DNA of 64,000 nt from Narcine bancroftii (Eukaryota): contig NC_091477.1 in the NCBI RefSeq assembly GCF_036971445.1, positions 94,550,001-94,614,000 on the forward strand. Reading direction: 5' to 3'. Of this stretch, positions 24,681 to 37,500 are shown piece by piece; position 1 is the first letter of the stretch; each line of letters starts with the position of its first letter. The position numbers and the translations under genes were made by a program. The notes under the pieces are model-generated. The model had not been told where the DNA came from. It did no database searches and worked only from the letters and a program-made list of their open reading frames with translations.

Positions 24681-26982
24681 GTAAGCTAAGTGACCTTAAA
24701 TATTTTTACCTTAATTTGGAAACACTAAGGTGTATTTTTTTTTAAATCTATCAATATATGATGCCTTTTATCAGTTGTTTCTGATTTGCTTTTAGCTTAT
24801 GGCTTCTAATATAGAACTTAAACCTGCCATATACAGCTGTATTTTTAATTTCACTGATAAAGATGTTTTATAAATTGCTGTCCTATTTGTTTTTTCTTTT
24901 GTATAGGTCAATTAGGGATATCTTAATGTTCATTACACATGCCAAAAAATATAAAAATGTTAAGGCATTACAGTTGGTATTTGCACGTTTCCAAAGATGG
25001 GGATATAGTTGACATCGACTGGCTTTTTACATGTATATGCTATAATTAAATGTATGAATGTGTGGCATATAAAATTAGAAGCAGTCTGGAAAACTTTCCC
25101 CAATATACAGTGATTTCCGTGCTCCATCTGCCTCAGTTTCAGTCATTCATTAGGACTTGCAAATACCAGTTTCACCCTAAACAGAAAGCCTTTGATACCA
25201 ACAATAGGAAGGGAAGCTGCTAGGGTGGTTCTATGAAGCCTAGGTCTCCTTGGCACTTTCATTGTGTCTATGTGCATCTTGTAGCTTTTGACAGCTATAA
25301 CTAGATCACGTTGGACAAGTAGTGTCAAATCAGCTGCGCTTGAGCGGGAAGCCGATTTGGGAATGGCAGCCCATTTGATAAGTAGTGGAATCAGTCGGCA
25401 AGGTGTTTAGCGACTTTGTGTTAAAGACATTATGTAAGACATTATGGATTCTGGAGCCCAGGGGTACTCTGATTACTTTGAGATGATTTGGGAATGTTCC
25501 TTGGCTCAAAACTTGTCTCCCTCCTAGTCCTATTCTCTGGAAGTCTGTGACTTTATTTCTGTTATAGAGGAAAATCTGAGCTGGTTTTCTCATAATTGAT
25601 ATTTCTAGATAGCCTATAAATACAAACTTCTACATTTGCAATTAACATTGTTGCATTGTGGTCAGTTTCTAGAATTTTTCTAAATCAATGGTTGGAAGAT
25701 TTGCCCTTCCACCTGAAGAAAATAGCTTGATTTTTTTATAGAGCTTCCCTAAAAGCTCACAAATAATGCAATTTTTAGATGCTTGTATTAAAAATTAATA
25801 CTATTTGGGTTACTACTGTCTTTTAGTTTAATGTACATTACTTAAATTGCACTGAACAATCAAGTTCATCAATTTTCAACAAAATTTGAGACCTGAAGTT
25901 TAAATGCCACAACTTTACTGAAGCAGATTGATTGTGTAGCTGAATCTGAGGGGCAACTAATGAGTATTACAGTTGGGATGTTCCCAGGACTCGGTATTTC
26001 TGTATTCACTATGTTCTGTTATTTCTTGATATCTGATGGATGGAATCAAATTAGCAAAAGACTGGTCTCTGGAGGAAGTTCAGAAGAAGGCTTTTTGCCT
26101 TTTGACCTGCATTTAGCATTGTTAAAGCAACTGGTGTTTCTGGTATCATCTTAATTACCTAAAATGTATAGTACCATTTGGATCTGGAAGTGGGTAGGAC
26201 CAGAAACTTGGATTTGACCACTTGTCGAATTACAGAGCTTCAAGTATTGTTCTCATTGGTCTGTAATCCTTTGTTGTAGCTCCCGGGTTGGATAATCATT
26301 GGAGGTGTTCTTGATGACTGATTCTAGCACGCCTTTCCCACTCTTACAGTTAAGATTGGACTTCCTAAAGACTCTTAGAAATGCTAACTGGACAGGTAGA
26401 CTACTGAAGAGAGGGTAATGGAAATTCTTTTCCTTGTATTGATTTTCTATTCATTTACTTATCAGAAGCTGGCCGCAATATCCTTTGGAACTTGGTGAAC
26501 AAAGTGTTGATATTACTGAGCTGAGAGCCCTTCCCAGAGTTTGTTTTGTACCTTTGTTATCTATGGTATTTTTCGCAAGTAGTTTTCAACATGCATAATC
26601 AACAATGGGAAGTTCATACTTATAAATCAGTTAGAAATTTCCTTGCCTGTAATCTGATGCTGTGAAAAATTTGGTGTTGACTTTAAGAACTCCATTGGCT
26701 GATTTGTTTCTGACTGACTGTATTAATTTTACCTCTGATATGCTGTTGTGCCAGTAAGAGATGAAACTGGGTGGTTTCTGGAATTAGAATCACTTCATAC
26801 TTGGAAGATCCCTTCAAGGTTAAATTATATTCACATGTCATGATGCACCTCCAGAATGTGAAGGATCTTTAATACAATCTATATAAAAATCAATGTTATG
26901 CTGGAGGTTCTAAATATTTTTTCTGTTTTGTAACACTAATACATTATGATTAACTGGGAATTATGTTAACATATATTTACAG

Positions 26983-27167
26983 ATTGGTTTCTCAGCCGTT
27001 GATGTAGTGACTGGACTGAAGTTGATTGAAATGGGTGTACCTAAAGAGCAGTTGGCTTTACTCGCAGTACCCATGGTTCCACTGCAAATATTGCTACCAC
27101 TTGCAATTAGCAAATATACAGCAGGCCAAAAACCACTGAATGTTTTTTATCGGGCCATGCCATTCAG
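26983..27167 (+). CDS. SLC33A1: SLC33A1 coding exon 3 (not in the ORF track)
   Basis: ttacag|IGFSAVDVVTGLKLIEMGVPKEQLALLAVPMVPLQILLPLAISKYTAGQKPLNVFYRAMPF(R)|gtaatg. 185 nt, phase 0 to 2. Confidence 0.96.
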
Positions 27168-27735
27168 GTAATGTATGGTTTTCTTTTTCTGATGAATGAA
27201 AATGTAAATGGCATGAAGGTATCTGAAAATTGAGTTCCTGCTGCCTCTTTGTTCCATCTCTATATTTTCCATTATAAATTTCTGTGCCTAGATTTCAATA
27301 AGTATAATAAAAATGCAGGCATGAATTTGGCACCCTGAAAACAGTATTTTTTCCCCCCCCAATCATTCACTTCACTTTTCCTCTCCAATTGAACTTGTAT
27401 TTTTTTTCGAAGAATGGTTTTTGACAAATTTTAATTTTTGAAGGCTTGAATCAACCCAATAAGGCTGGGGCATAATTAATTTGTAACGGGAATCTCATTC
27501 ATCCATTCAGTTGTAACACTAATTGGGCTCATGACTGACATAGTAAAAAATATTGTGGCTTACCAATGAATATTTGCAAAACGACAACCAAATAGATATT
27601 AATACTGGGAAGAAGGAGCAATGAAAACAAGAACTGAAATGATAAAAAGAAGTAGGCACCCAGCTTGAAAGACACTGATAAAGAGTTAGGATCTAAATTG
27701 TTTCATTTGTTCATACTATCAATAAACTATGGTGG

Positions 27736-30700
27736 TATGGCGCTGCAGCGATCAAACTAGCGCTCCGTGTGACGAGCGCACCCAAAAGTCAGCAGACCGT
27801 GCAGTGGCACTGGCCCTAGGAACTGAACCAGCGGATGAACGGCAAGGGCAGCTTCAGGGCCAGTGACCCTAAAATGGCACTGGCCCCTGTTGCTTGCCCA
27901 ATAGACAGGGACAGCGTGTGGGGAAGAAGGTATTTTCATGCAAGAAGGTACCTGCACGCGGGAAACCCACTTTTGTTATACGGGTCGTTAAGTCAGTAAT
28001 GGGGGGCAAACAGCGGGAACACGAGGGGTATAAAAGATGGGCTTGACCCCCAATAAAATCAGAGAGCTTAACCTGACTATGCTCGTGAGCTTAGCAAGTA
28101 GTGCACGGCTACAATTGGTGACCCCAATGGTTTAGAGGGGATCTAAACCCAATGATGACTGAGCCAGCAGCAGTCCATGCAGTTGCTCTCAAGTTGCTGA
28201 CCTTCTGGACTAATCAGCCACCTGCATAATTTGATCAGGCTGAGGCACAGTTTCAGATCCGGCAGATCACAGCAGAGTTTAACTGAGTGCCCTGGACCAG
28301 GACACAGCGAGCCAGGTGGCCAACTTCATCCAAGAGCCCCCCTTGGAAGGTGCACACACCACTTTCAAGGACTTGCTCATCGAGACCTTCGGGCTCTCAA
28401 GGCATGAGTGAGGGGCACGCCTGCTCCACCTGGACAGCCTAGGGGACAGACTCTCGTCAGCCCTCATGAGCAAGATGCCGGCCATCCTGGGAAAACACGA
28501 CCCCTGCATCATGTTTGAGAAGGCATTCCTGGGGCAACTGCCCAAGGACGTCCAACTGCACCTGGCAGACGCCGACTTCAGCGATCCCCAGAAAGTCACA
28601 GCACTAGTGGACATCCTGTGGAAGCAGAAAAGAGAGTGCTTGATATCTGTGGCAATTCCTCGTGGACACAGGAATAGAGGTCAGCATCCTGCCCCCGTCA
28701 GGACAGGACACCAGGAACAGATAGTCTGGCCCCAAGCTGAGGGCTGCCTACAACAGCTCCATCTGGACCTACGGTACACGCAAAGTCTAACTGCAGTTGG
28801 GAGGCAGCCTTTTCTCGAGGGTGTTCATACTAGCCGCAGTGGTACAACTGCTGCTTGAGGCATATTTTCCTGCGTGCCCATTGCCTACTTCTGGACCTCA
28901 AAGGCTGGAGGCTGGTCCATGCAAAGACTTTCCAAACCTTCCCCCTCAAAAATGTAAAGCTTCTAGCACTCCACCTGGACTCAGTGCAGTGATCCACTGA
29001 CAAGTTTGCCAAAGTCCTGGCTGAGTTCCCAACAATGCTCACCCCAATTCACCATGGTGATGCTCCAGCACGGGGTACAGCGCCATATCCTTACCCAGAC
29101 CCCGCCGCTCCACAACGAGCAAGACTCCTCCCTCCGGAGAAGCTCCAGCTGGCAAAGGAGGAATTCAAGAAACTGGCATCATATGGCGGTCAGACAGCCC
29201 ATAGGCTTCTCCCCTGCATATGGTGCTCAGGGCCACTGGGGTTTGGAATCTATGCAGCAACGAGGCGACAGCACCAGATCGTTACCCCCGTGCCGCACAT
29301 CTAGGGCTTTGCAGCTAACCTGTATGGGGCAAAGATCTTTTCCAAAGTGGACCTCATGCAGGGGTATCATCCCTGTTCACCCCGATGATATCCCCAAGGC
29401 TGCTATCATCACGCCTTTTGGCTGGTTCAAATTCCTGCGAATGCCATTCAGGTTGAAAAATGCTGCACATACTTTCCAGTAGCTAATGGACGCTGTGGGC
29501 CGAGACCTGGATGGCACCTTCGTCTACTTAGGCGACATCCTCGTGGTGAGCAGGAACCGGCAAGAACACAAGCCCTTGACTTTCTCCTTGTCCAAGATCT
29601 TGGACCCCTGGTCAGCCTGCCAGAAACGTCACCTGTCTTGCATCTCTGAGTACACCACAGATGTAAGACGTGTCTCCGGCAAGGACAAAGTGGTGGCCAA
29701 TGCACTGTCCAGACAGAGTATCCACACGCTCTCAAGAGGAGTGGATTTTATGGTGCTAGCAAAGGCGCAGCAAGACGACAAGGAGAGGCTGTAATACAGG
29801 ACAGCCATATTGGGGTTGCAGCTCCAGGACATCCCAGTCAGCACAGGTAACATGTGATGTGACCACCGACCATGTTAAGACCAATCGTCCTGGCAGCTTG
29901 GAGACTGTGGGTTTTCAATTCCATCCACGGACTGACTCATCCATCCATCAGGACCAGGGTCTGGCTGATGGCCAGCAAATGAGTGTGGCACGGATAACAG
30001 AAACAAGTCAGTAGGTGGGCAAAGGCATGTGGGCAAAGGCATGCACGCAGTGCCAAAGAGCCATAGTGCAGCGACATACCAAGACCTCACCACTGCATTT
30101 CAAGTCCATGGAGCAAATGATTGACCACAACTACATGGACATATTAGTACCCTTACCAGTATCCTAGGGGTTCCACTACCTATTCATGATGGTCAACCAT
30201 TTCACCAGGTGGCTGGAAGCATTCCCGCTGGCGAACACATCCACAATCTCGTTTGCCAGGGCTCTCATCTTCTGGGTGGCACAGTTTGGGTTACCGTCCC
30301 ACATTACATCGGACAGAGGGCCCAGTTCACCTCCAGCCTGTGGTCTGACCTCGCCACCCCGTGGGAGGCCCAGCTACATCACACAATGGCCTATCAACCA
30401 TAGTCAAATGGGCTGGTGAAATACTTCCACTGGGACCTCAAGGCTGCGCTCATGACCAGATTTCAAGGACCTAACTGGGTAGATGAGCTACCATGGGCAC
30501 TGTTGGGTATCTGTACAGAAACCAAGGAGGACATCTTCAGCCGAACTCATCTATGGAGCTCCACTGGTGGTCCCGGGGAAATTTATACCATCTCCAGGCA
30601 GACAGGACGGTACGGCAGCTGTCCTCTGCAAACTGAAGGAAACAGTCGGCAACCTAGCCCTGACTCCACCTGCCAGGCAAAGACACGCCAGGACCAACAG

Positions 30701-33034
30701 GACCAAAGACCTACAGGACTGTGAATATGTTTTCATTCGCAGGGATCCACGCCACCCGCCACTGCAGAGGCCAAACAAGGGTCAGTTCTGGGTCATGTGC
30801 TCCACCTGGATGGGCTTGGGGACAGGCTTCCCTCGTGAACCAGGTCCAACTGCATTTGGGAGGCAACCTCTTCTCATGGGTCTTCACGCTGGCTGCATTG
30901 GAACAGCTATTTCCTGCACACCCACAGCCTGCTAGTGGACCTCAATGGAAGGAGATTGGTCCATGCCGAGACTTTTCGAACATTTCCCTTCAGAGACGCC
31001 AGGCTCCCAGCACTCCATCTGAATTTCATATAGAGATCAAAGAAGGAGTACACGAGGGTCCTGGCCAAGTTCCCTGCAGTGCTCACCCTGCAATTCACCA
31101 CGGTGATGCCCTGACATGGAGTACAGCACCACATCCTGACCCAGGGCCCACCACTCCACACAAGGGCAAGACTCCTTCCTCTGAAGAAGCTCCTGCTGGC
31201 AAAGGAGGAATTCAGGAGGTTGGAGGAGCTCAGCATCGTATGGCAGTCAGACAGCCCAAGTTGGCAGCTGCTGGCTTTGTTCAGCAAACATCTGTGGTTT
31301 CCAGAGCTCAAGTACAGTGCTTTTGACGGAAAGCTACTGGCGCTGTACTTAGCCATCGCCACTTCAGGTATTTCCTAGAGGGCAGGTCCTTCACAGCTTT
31401 TGCAGATCACAAGCTCCTGATTTTTGTCTTGGCTAAGATCTTGAACCCCTGGTCGGCCCGCAGCAATAACACCTGCCTTGCATCTCGGAGTACATCACAG
31501 ATGTAAGGCCCATCTCCAGCAAGGACAATGTGGTGGCTGATGCACTGTCCAGGCAAAGTATCCACACGCTATCAAGGGGAGTGGATTTCATGACACTGGT
31601 GGAGGCGCAGGAGAAAGATGAGGCGACATTCCAATGCAGGACTGCCATATCAGGGCTGCAGCTCCAGGACATCCCAGTCGGCACAGGTAACACCACCCTC
31701 CTCTGCGACGTGGCCACCGGTCGGGTCAGACCCATCGTCCCGGCGGTTTGGAAACGACAGATTTTCAACTCCATCTACGGACTGGCTCATCCATCCATCA
31801 GGACCACTGTCCAGCTGATGGCCAGCAAATACATGTGACATGGATTACGGAAACAGGTCAGCGGGTGGCAGTGCCAATCAGCCAAGGTGCAGCGGCATAC
31901 ATAGCACTTCAAGCTCACGGAGCGAAGGTTTGACCACGCCCAGGGGTTCCGCTACCTGTTCACGATGGTCGACCATTTCACCAGGTGGTCATAGCAGGCA
32001 TAAGCCAGGGCTCTCATCTCATCCTGGGTGGCACAGTTCGGGTTACCGTCCCACATCCATCCGATAGAGGAGCCCAGTTCACCTCCAGTCTGTAGTCTGA
32101 CCTTGCCAGCCTGTGGGGTGCCCAACTGCATCACACAACCTCTTACCACCCACAGTCCAATGGGTTGGTGGAACGCTTCCACAGGCACCTCAAAACCACG
32201 CTCATGACCAGACTCCAAGGACCCAACTGGGTAGATGAGCTATTATGGGCACTGCTGGGCATTTGCACGACACCCAAGAAGGACCTCAACACCTCTTTGG
32301 CCGAACTAATGAGCTCCACTGGTGGTACCATCCCCAGGCAGACAGTGTTCCTCAGCAGGGTAAGGGAAAGAGTCGGTAACCTGGTCCCGATTCCACCTTC
32401 CAGGCACGGACAAGCGAGGACCAACATACCCAAAGACCTACAGGACTGTGAGTATGTTTTCATTCGCAGGGGCCCATGTTATTCACCGTTTCAGAGGTCT
32501 TACGAATGTCATCCAGAACGGGGCCATGTTCAAGCTGGAGGTCAGAGGCAAGACTGAGGTCTTCACCACAGACAGAATGAAGCCGGCACACCTGGACCAC
32601 GCCGAAGAGGCAGGCCACGGAAGGCTGCAGAGACTTTTCTTCTACGCACCAAGGTCAATAAAAAAGACAATACCGCCTGTTCTGGGGGGAGTTCATGTGG
32701 CAGCTAGCAGCCTGCGCAGGGGCACTGGCCCCAACAAGCGAACCGGCGGGTGAACGGCAAGGGCAGCTTAAAGGCCAGCAACCCCAAAATGGCCCTGGCC
32801 TTGCTGTGCAGCCAACAGACAGGGACAGCGCACAGGGAAGAAGGGCATTATTATGCAGGCAAGTACCCGCGCGTGGAGAAACCCGCTTTTGTTATGCATG
32901 TTGTGATGTCAACCAAGGGGGGGGGCCACGGCGGGAACTGTGCAAGTATAAAAGTCAGGCCTGAGCCCTAATAAAACTCAGCTTAACCTGACTACACTGC
33001 ATGTGTGTCTTCTTTCAAGTAGCACGTGGCTTCA
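27736..33034 (+). mobile_element. Gypsy LTR retrotransposon, decayed, with two serial pol segments
   Basis: Related LTRs ~27736-28113 and 32696-33034. Primer site TGGTGACCCC at 28116, polypurine tract GGGGGGAG at 32684. gag, RT (RMPFRLKNAAHTFQ), RNase H (GKDNVVADALSR) and integrase (VERFHRHLK, NWVDELPW) remnants. No clear TSD. Confidence 0.9.
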
Positions 33035-34518
33035 TGATAACCTTAAATGCCTGTAGTTTTTTTTAAAAGTGGGGATGTCTTCAAAAAGAATTGAAGCATC
33101 CATAACAATCACCTCATTTTTAATAAAAGTGGTGCCAGGATCCCAGGCATAACCAGACACATGTAAAAATCTTTTGTTCTTTAAAGCAGTGTATCTGGCT
33201 GCAGAACTCGAGTGCATAAAAGGTCTGACTCATATTGTCTCTAAAAATCCATGGTTTCTCCCTGAAATATGCCCAAAGGTCTCCTTAGCCAACCATACTT
33301 CATACATTTTCTTGCAGTCATTAGACCAAGCATTGGTAAATGTTAGTATATGTGCTTAAATGGATTAAAAGTGAAGTTAATAAAATCAGTTTGTCTAAAA
33401 TTTATTGAATTGTGGGCGGGAATCTTTCAAATTAGGTTATAGGCATACGAGTTTAAAACCAATCTGCTCCAAGATTCAAACATCACATCCCATCAATTTC
33501 CTTCATTAACTAAATCATTGGTTCAATGAAAACTCTATTACAAAACTAACCACAGTCCAGCAATGAAGATCTTTATATTTAGCAATAAAAGTAACTGAAT
33601 GAACACTGGTAAATTTAAAATACTTCATAAAAACTTGTTCATAATCGTGGAATCTGAGTCTTTAACTTCTGGTTCGTCATTTCACCATCACTAAGTTTGG
33701 AATATGAAAACCTTAATGAATTCAACTAGACAGACACAGATATTCCTTTATTTCATCTAATTTGATTAATGAATTTTGTAAGGCCTCCTTCACCATAAAT
33801 AATGGAAGAACAAAGGATTACATGATTTTTAAACAATTTGACCTTCTGGGTGTGCTTCAGCCTTTATACAAAGTTCTTCTCCGTCTCTCAAGTATACCTA
33901 TCCAATCAGTAAATGAACATCCTATCCAGCCACAAAGGTACTTCTCCTTTATTCCCCCAAACAAATCACCACACATAATAAAATTCATCCTATCCAGCAA
34001 CAAAGGTACTTCTCCTTTCTTCCCCTCTCTCCCCCCACAAACAAATCACCACACATAATAAAATTAATCTTATTTTTGTTTAAAAAAAAGCAAATTATTA
34101 ATAACATTTAGAAACAAAGCTTTATTCTTAAAAGCCATAATCACTTGAAGGCCACTCTTGTTCAAAAGCTCACAATCACCTCTCTTTGATATTCCCTTGT
34201 GAGATCATTTACAAGGTCAAAAGCCAAGGCAGTAGGGAAAACCTCTTCTATCCCTATTGAGTCAAAACCATGAAATGCCCGTTCACATGATAAATGGGGA
34301 AAAGCAGGTCTCCCACCTTAACCCACATTTAAGATAGGAATGGATCTAGTCCTGACCTTGCTATCATCAGTAGAAGTTGGTGATCATGTATAAATCAGAG
34401 ACAAGGTCCACAAAACAGGCATTAATCCCCAACCTAACCAATACTTTCAGAATAATCCAATACCACCACCATATCTTCAATTTCACTTGGACCCCAGCAT
34501 CCATTTCCTCAAGGTGGT

Positions 34519-37500
34519 TGATGCACCATAAATAACTCCAGAAGACTGAAGTTGAACAAACTGATAGGCTTTTATTAACTTTAGAACAAAAGTTTGTCCA
34601 TGCTGCTTGACTGCTCTGCATGGACCTGTGAAACATTCGGGAGCCTGTGGGAGGAGCCATAGAAACAGTTGGCCAATGAGTGTGACCAAATGGACAACAT
34701 ATCCAGTGATTTACCACATTCACCTTTTTACAAAAAAGTGTGGTGGGATGAAGTGGTGATGATACAGTTACAAGTATCAGGAGGTCTGATTTTTCACAGT
34801 GACTGTCAAATTCGGACTGCAGTTGGGGCGCAGTGGTGGTGGGGACCCGGACAGACTGGAGCACCTTGTGCAATCATCAGGGTTGGGTTGGTAGTTATGT
34901 GGTGACAAGTCTGGCGTGTTCTCGGTGCATCATGGGTGAGTAGGAGTGAGGGGGGTGTGAAGTCATCCGTGAAGGTCTCCAGGGCCCCTGAGGGCATCAA
35001 ATCCCAAATCAAATCAAGGTATGCCACATAGGCATATTGGGGGTTGGCATGGAGGAGGTGAACCCTTTCGACCAGAGGTTCGGACTTGTGGCTTCTCACG
35101 TTTCCAGAGTAGGACTGGCCCTGGGGATGTCAGCCACACCAGCACATGATCCCAGTCTCAGATTGCATGGGAAAGGAAAACATACGTTCATGCGGTGTGG
35201 TATTCGTGACAGTAGATAGAGAGCTGATAGAGTGGAGCGCCTCTAGGAGGACCTTTTGCCAGTGAGAGACTGGAAGGCCCCTAGACTGCAGGGCTCGGAC
35301 AACAGCCTTCAAGACTGTGGCATTCTCCCTTTCCACTTACCCATTTCCCCGGGATTGTAGCTGATGGTCTTGCTCATGGCAATGCCTCTGGTGTGCAGGT
35401 ACTGGCACAGCTTGTTGCTCTTGAAAGAGGACCTCTGTTGCTATGAATATAGCTGGGGAAGTGAAGAGACTGTGCAGGGCCTTGATGACTGTGGCAGTTG
35501 TAAGGTCAGATTAGGGGATGGCAAACTAAAGTACTCATCAATAACAATGAGCATTGTGGTCCATGGAGGTAGGGGTCCTTTGAAGTCGACGCTCGGGCAT
35601 TCAAAGGGACAGGTGGCCTTTATCAACTGCACTCTGTCTGGCCAGTAGAAGTGTGGTTTGCACTCCACGCAGACCTGACAGCTTTTGGTCATCGACCTGA
35701 CCTCTTCAATGGAGTACAGCAGGTTGCGGCCTTTGAAGTGTAAGAATCTGGTAACTCGAGTTGCATAGATAATTGTGAAGGGCTTGTAAATGGTTAATCT
35801 GCACTGGCATAGGTCTCGCAAGATAGGGCAAGAGAAGGCTCGTTGAGTTTCCTGGGTAGGTACATATATCGTAATTGTTTGTGCGCAGTTCGATTCTCCA
35901 CTTCAATATCTTGTAGTTCTTGATTTTACCCTGCTGGTGATTATTGAACACAAATGCAACAGCCTGTTGGTCAGTTAACAGGGTAAATTATTTACTGGCA
36001 AGGTAGTGCCTCCAGTGCTGCACTGCCTTAACAATGGCTTGGGACTCTTCAACAGAGGAGTGTCAAATTTAGGGGCCCTGGAGTGTATGTGAAAAGAAAG
36101 CAATGGGTCTGCCCGCCTGGTTAAGGGTAGCAGCCAGAGTAGTCTGACCCATTGCTTTCCACTTGGAATGGAATGGATCCATCCACTGCGTGTATTGTGG
36201 CCTTGGCAATATCTACCTTGATGTGGCTGAAGGTTGCGTGGGTCTCTGGTGTCAGAGGGAAGGAAGTGGATTTGATGAGGGGGCAGACCTTGTCTGCATA
36301 ATTAGGGACCCACTGAGCATAGTAAGAGAAAAAGCCCAGGGACGTTTTGGTTTACTAGCCATATCATAAGGGAGTAGCATTGCACTGTGTCAGGATAAAT
36401 GAAGCGTTCTATGCTCCCACCATCAAATAGACAACTCATCACATGGCCGTTTACCTGAATGTCCATAATTTGACTTGGCAAGCTGATTCAGGCTGTCCTG
36501 GTCGAATGTGATGGAGACCAGTGTCGGAGCATTGTTTGCTGCTTTGGCAGAGAGGTCGCATGCTGATTCGGAAGATGGTGGTGTCCAAGATGGTGGCCTG
36601 TACATGGCGCTGCTGAATCCCCAAGATGGTGCCCAAGATGGCCATCCCCGAGACTCGTACGTGGCACTGCTAGTTCCTGGCAATGGTGGCATCCAGGATG
36701 ACAGCCCCCATGATCCACACACAGCGCTGTTGGGAAGGGGTTTAGATCTGCACACCTTTGCATAGCGTCTCTTCTTCCCACAGCTGGAGCAAACTGTGTC
36801 TTTTGCTGGGCAGCTTTTCCTCAGGTGCTTGACCAGCCTGCAGAAATAGCGCTTTGAGTGCTCCCAGAGTGCACTGGCCTTGTTGGATCACTGACTGCAC
36901 CTGGCGGTGGTGATCAAAGGTGTTTGTGAGGTACTGTCGTCATGGTCGGATCGTTAGTGGGGCAAGGGAGTGATGGCGCATCCCAAGATGGCAGCACAAG
37001 GGACAACCACAAGGCAGCCACATTGTCAGTTGAATAGGCCTCTATATTCTGGAGGGCCATTTACAGCGTACCTGCCAGCTCAACTGCTTTCCACAGACGG
37101 ACCTCCCCTTGCTCCAATAATCTTTGAATGTAGTTCGATCTGATCCTGCAACATAGGCATCCCTGATCAGGCCCTCCATGTACTCTGGAGCCATCATGGC
37201 CTTGCATTCACAGGCCCTTACGATGGGTTCGCAGGGCCCGGAGGAACTCAGCATTTGACTCCCCTGGTCACTGGTTTTGGGTCACCAAGAGATGGTAGGC
37301 GTAGACTTCGTTATGATCTTTCGCAGGTACTGGCCCTTAAGAATGTCCACGGCATCCTGATACAATGTGGCATCCCTGCTCATCAAGTACACCAGAGTGC
37401 CAACTCGGGAGAGGTGTACCTGTAATTTATCGGTCTCTCACAGTGACTGAGATGCCTGCAGGAATGCTTCAAAGCAGCGTAACCAGAGTTCCAGCTTCTC

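Noticed and set aside
25140-26900. Non-repetitive-looking intronic tract with faint DIRS-like words (HAFP, WPQYP)
   Set aside because: The motifs are too short and not in a consistent frame. It needs a frameshift-aware HMM search.
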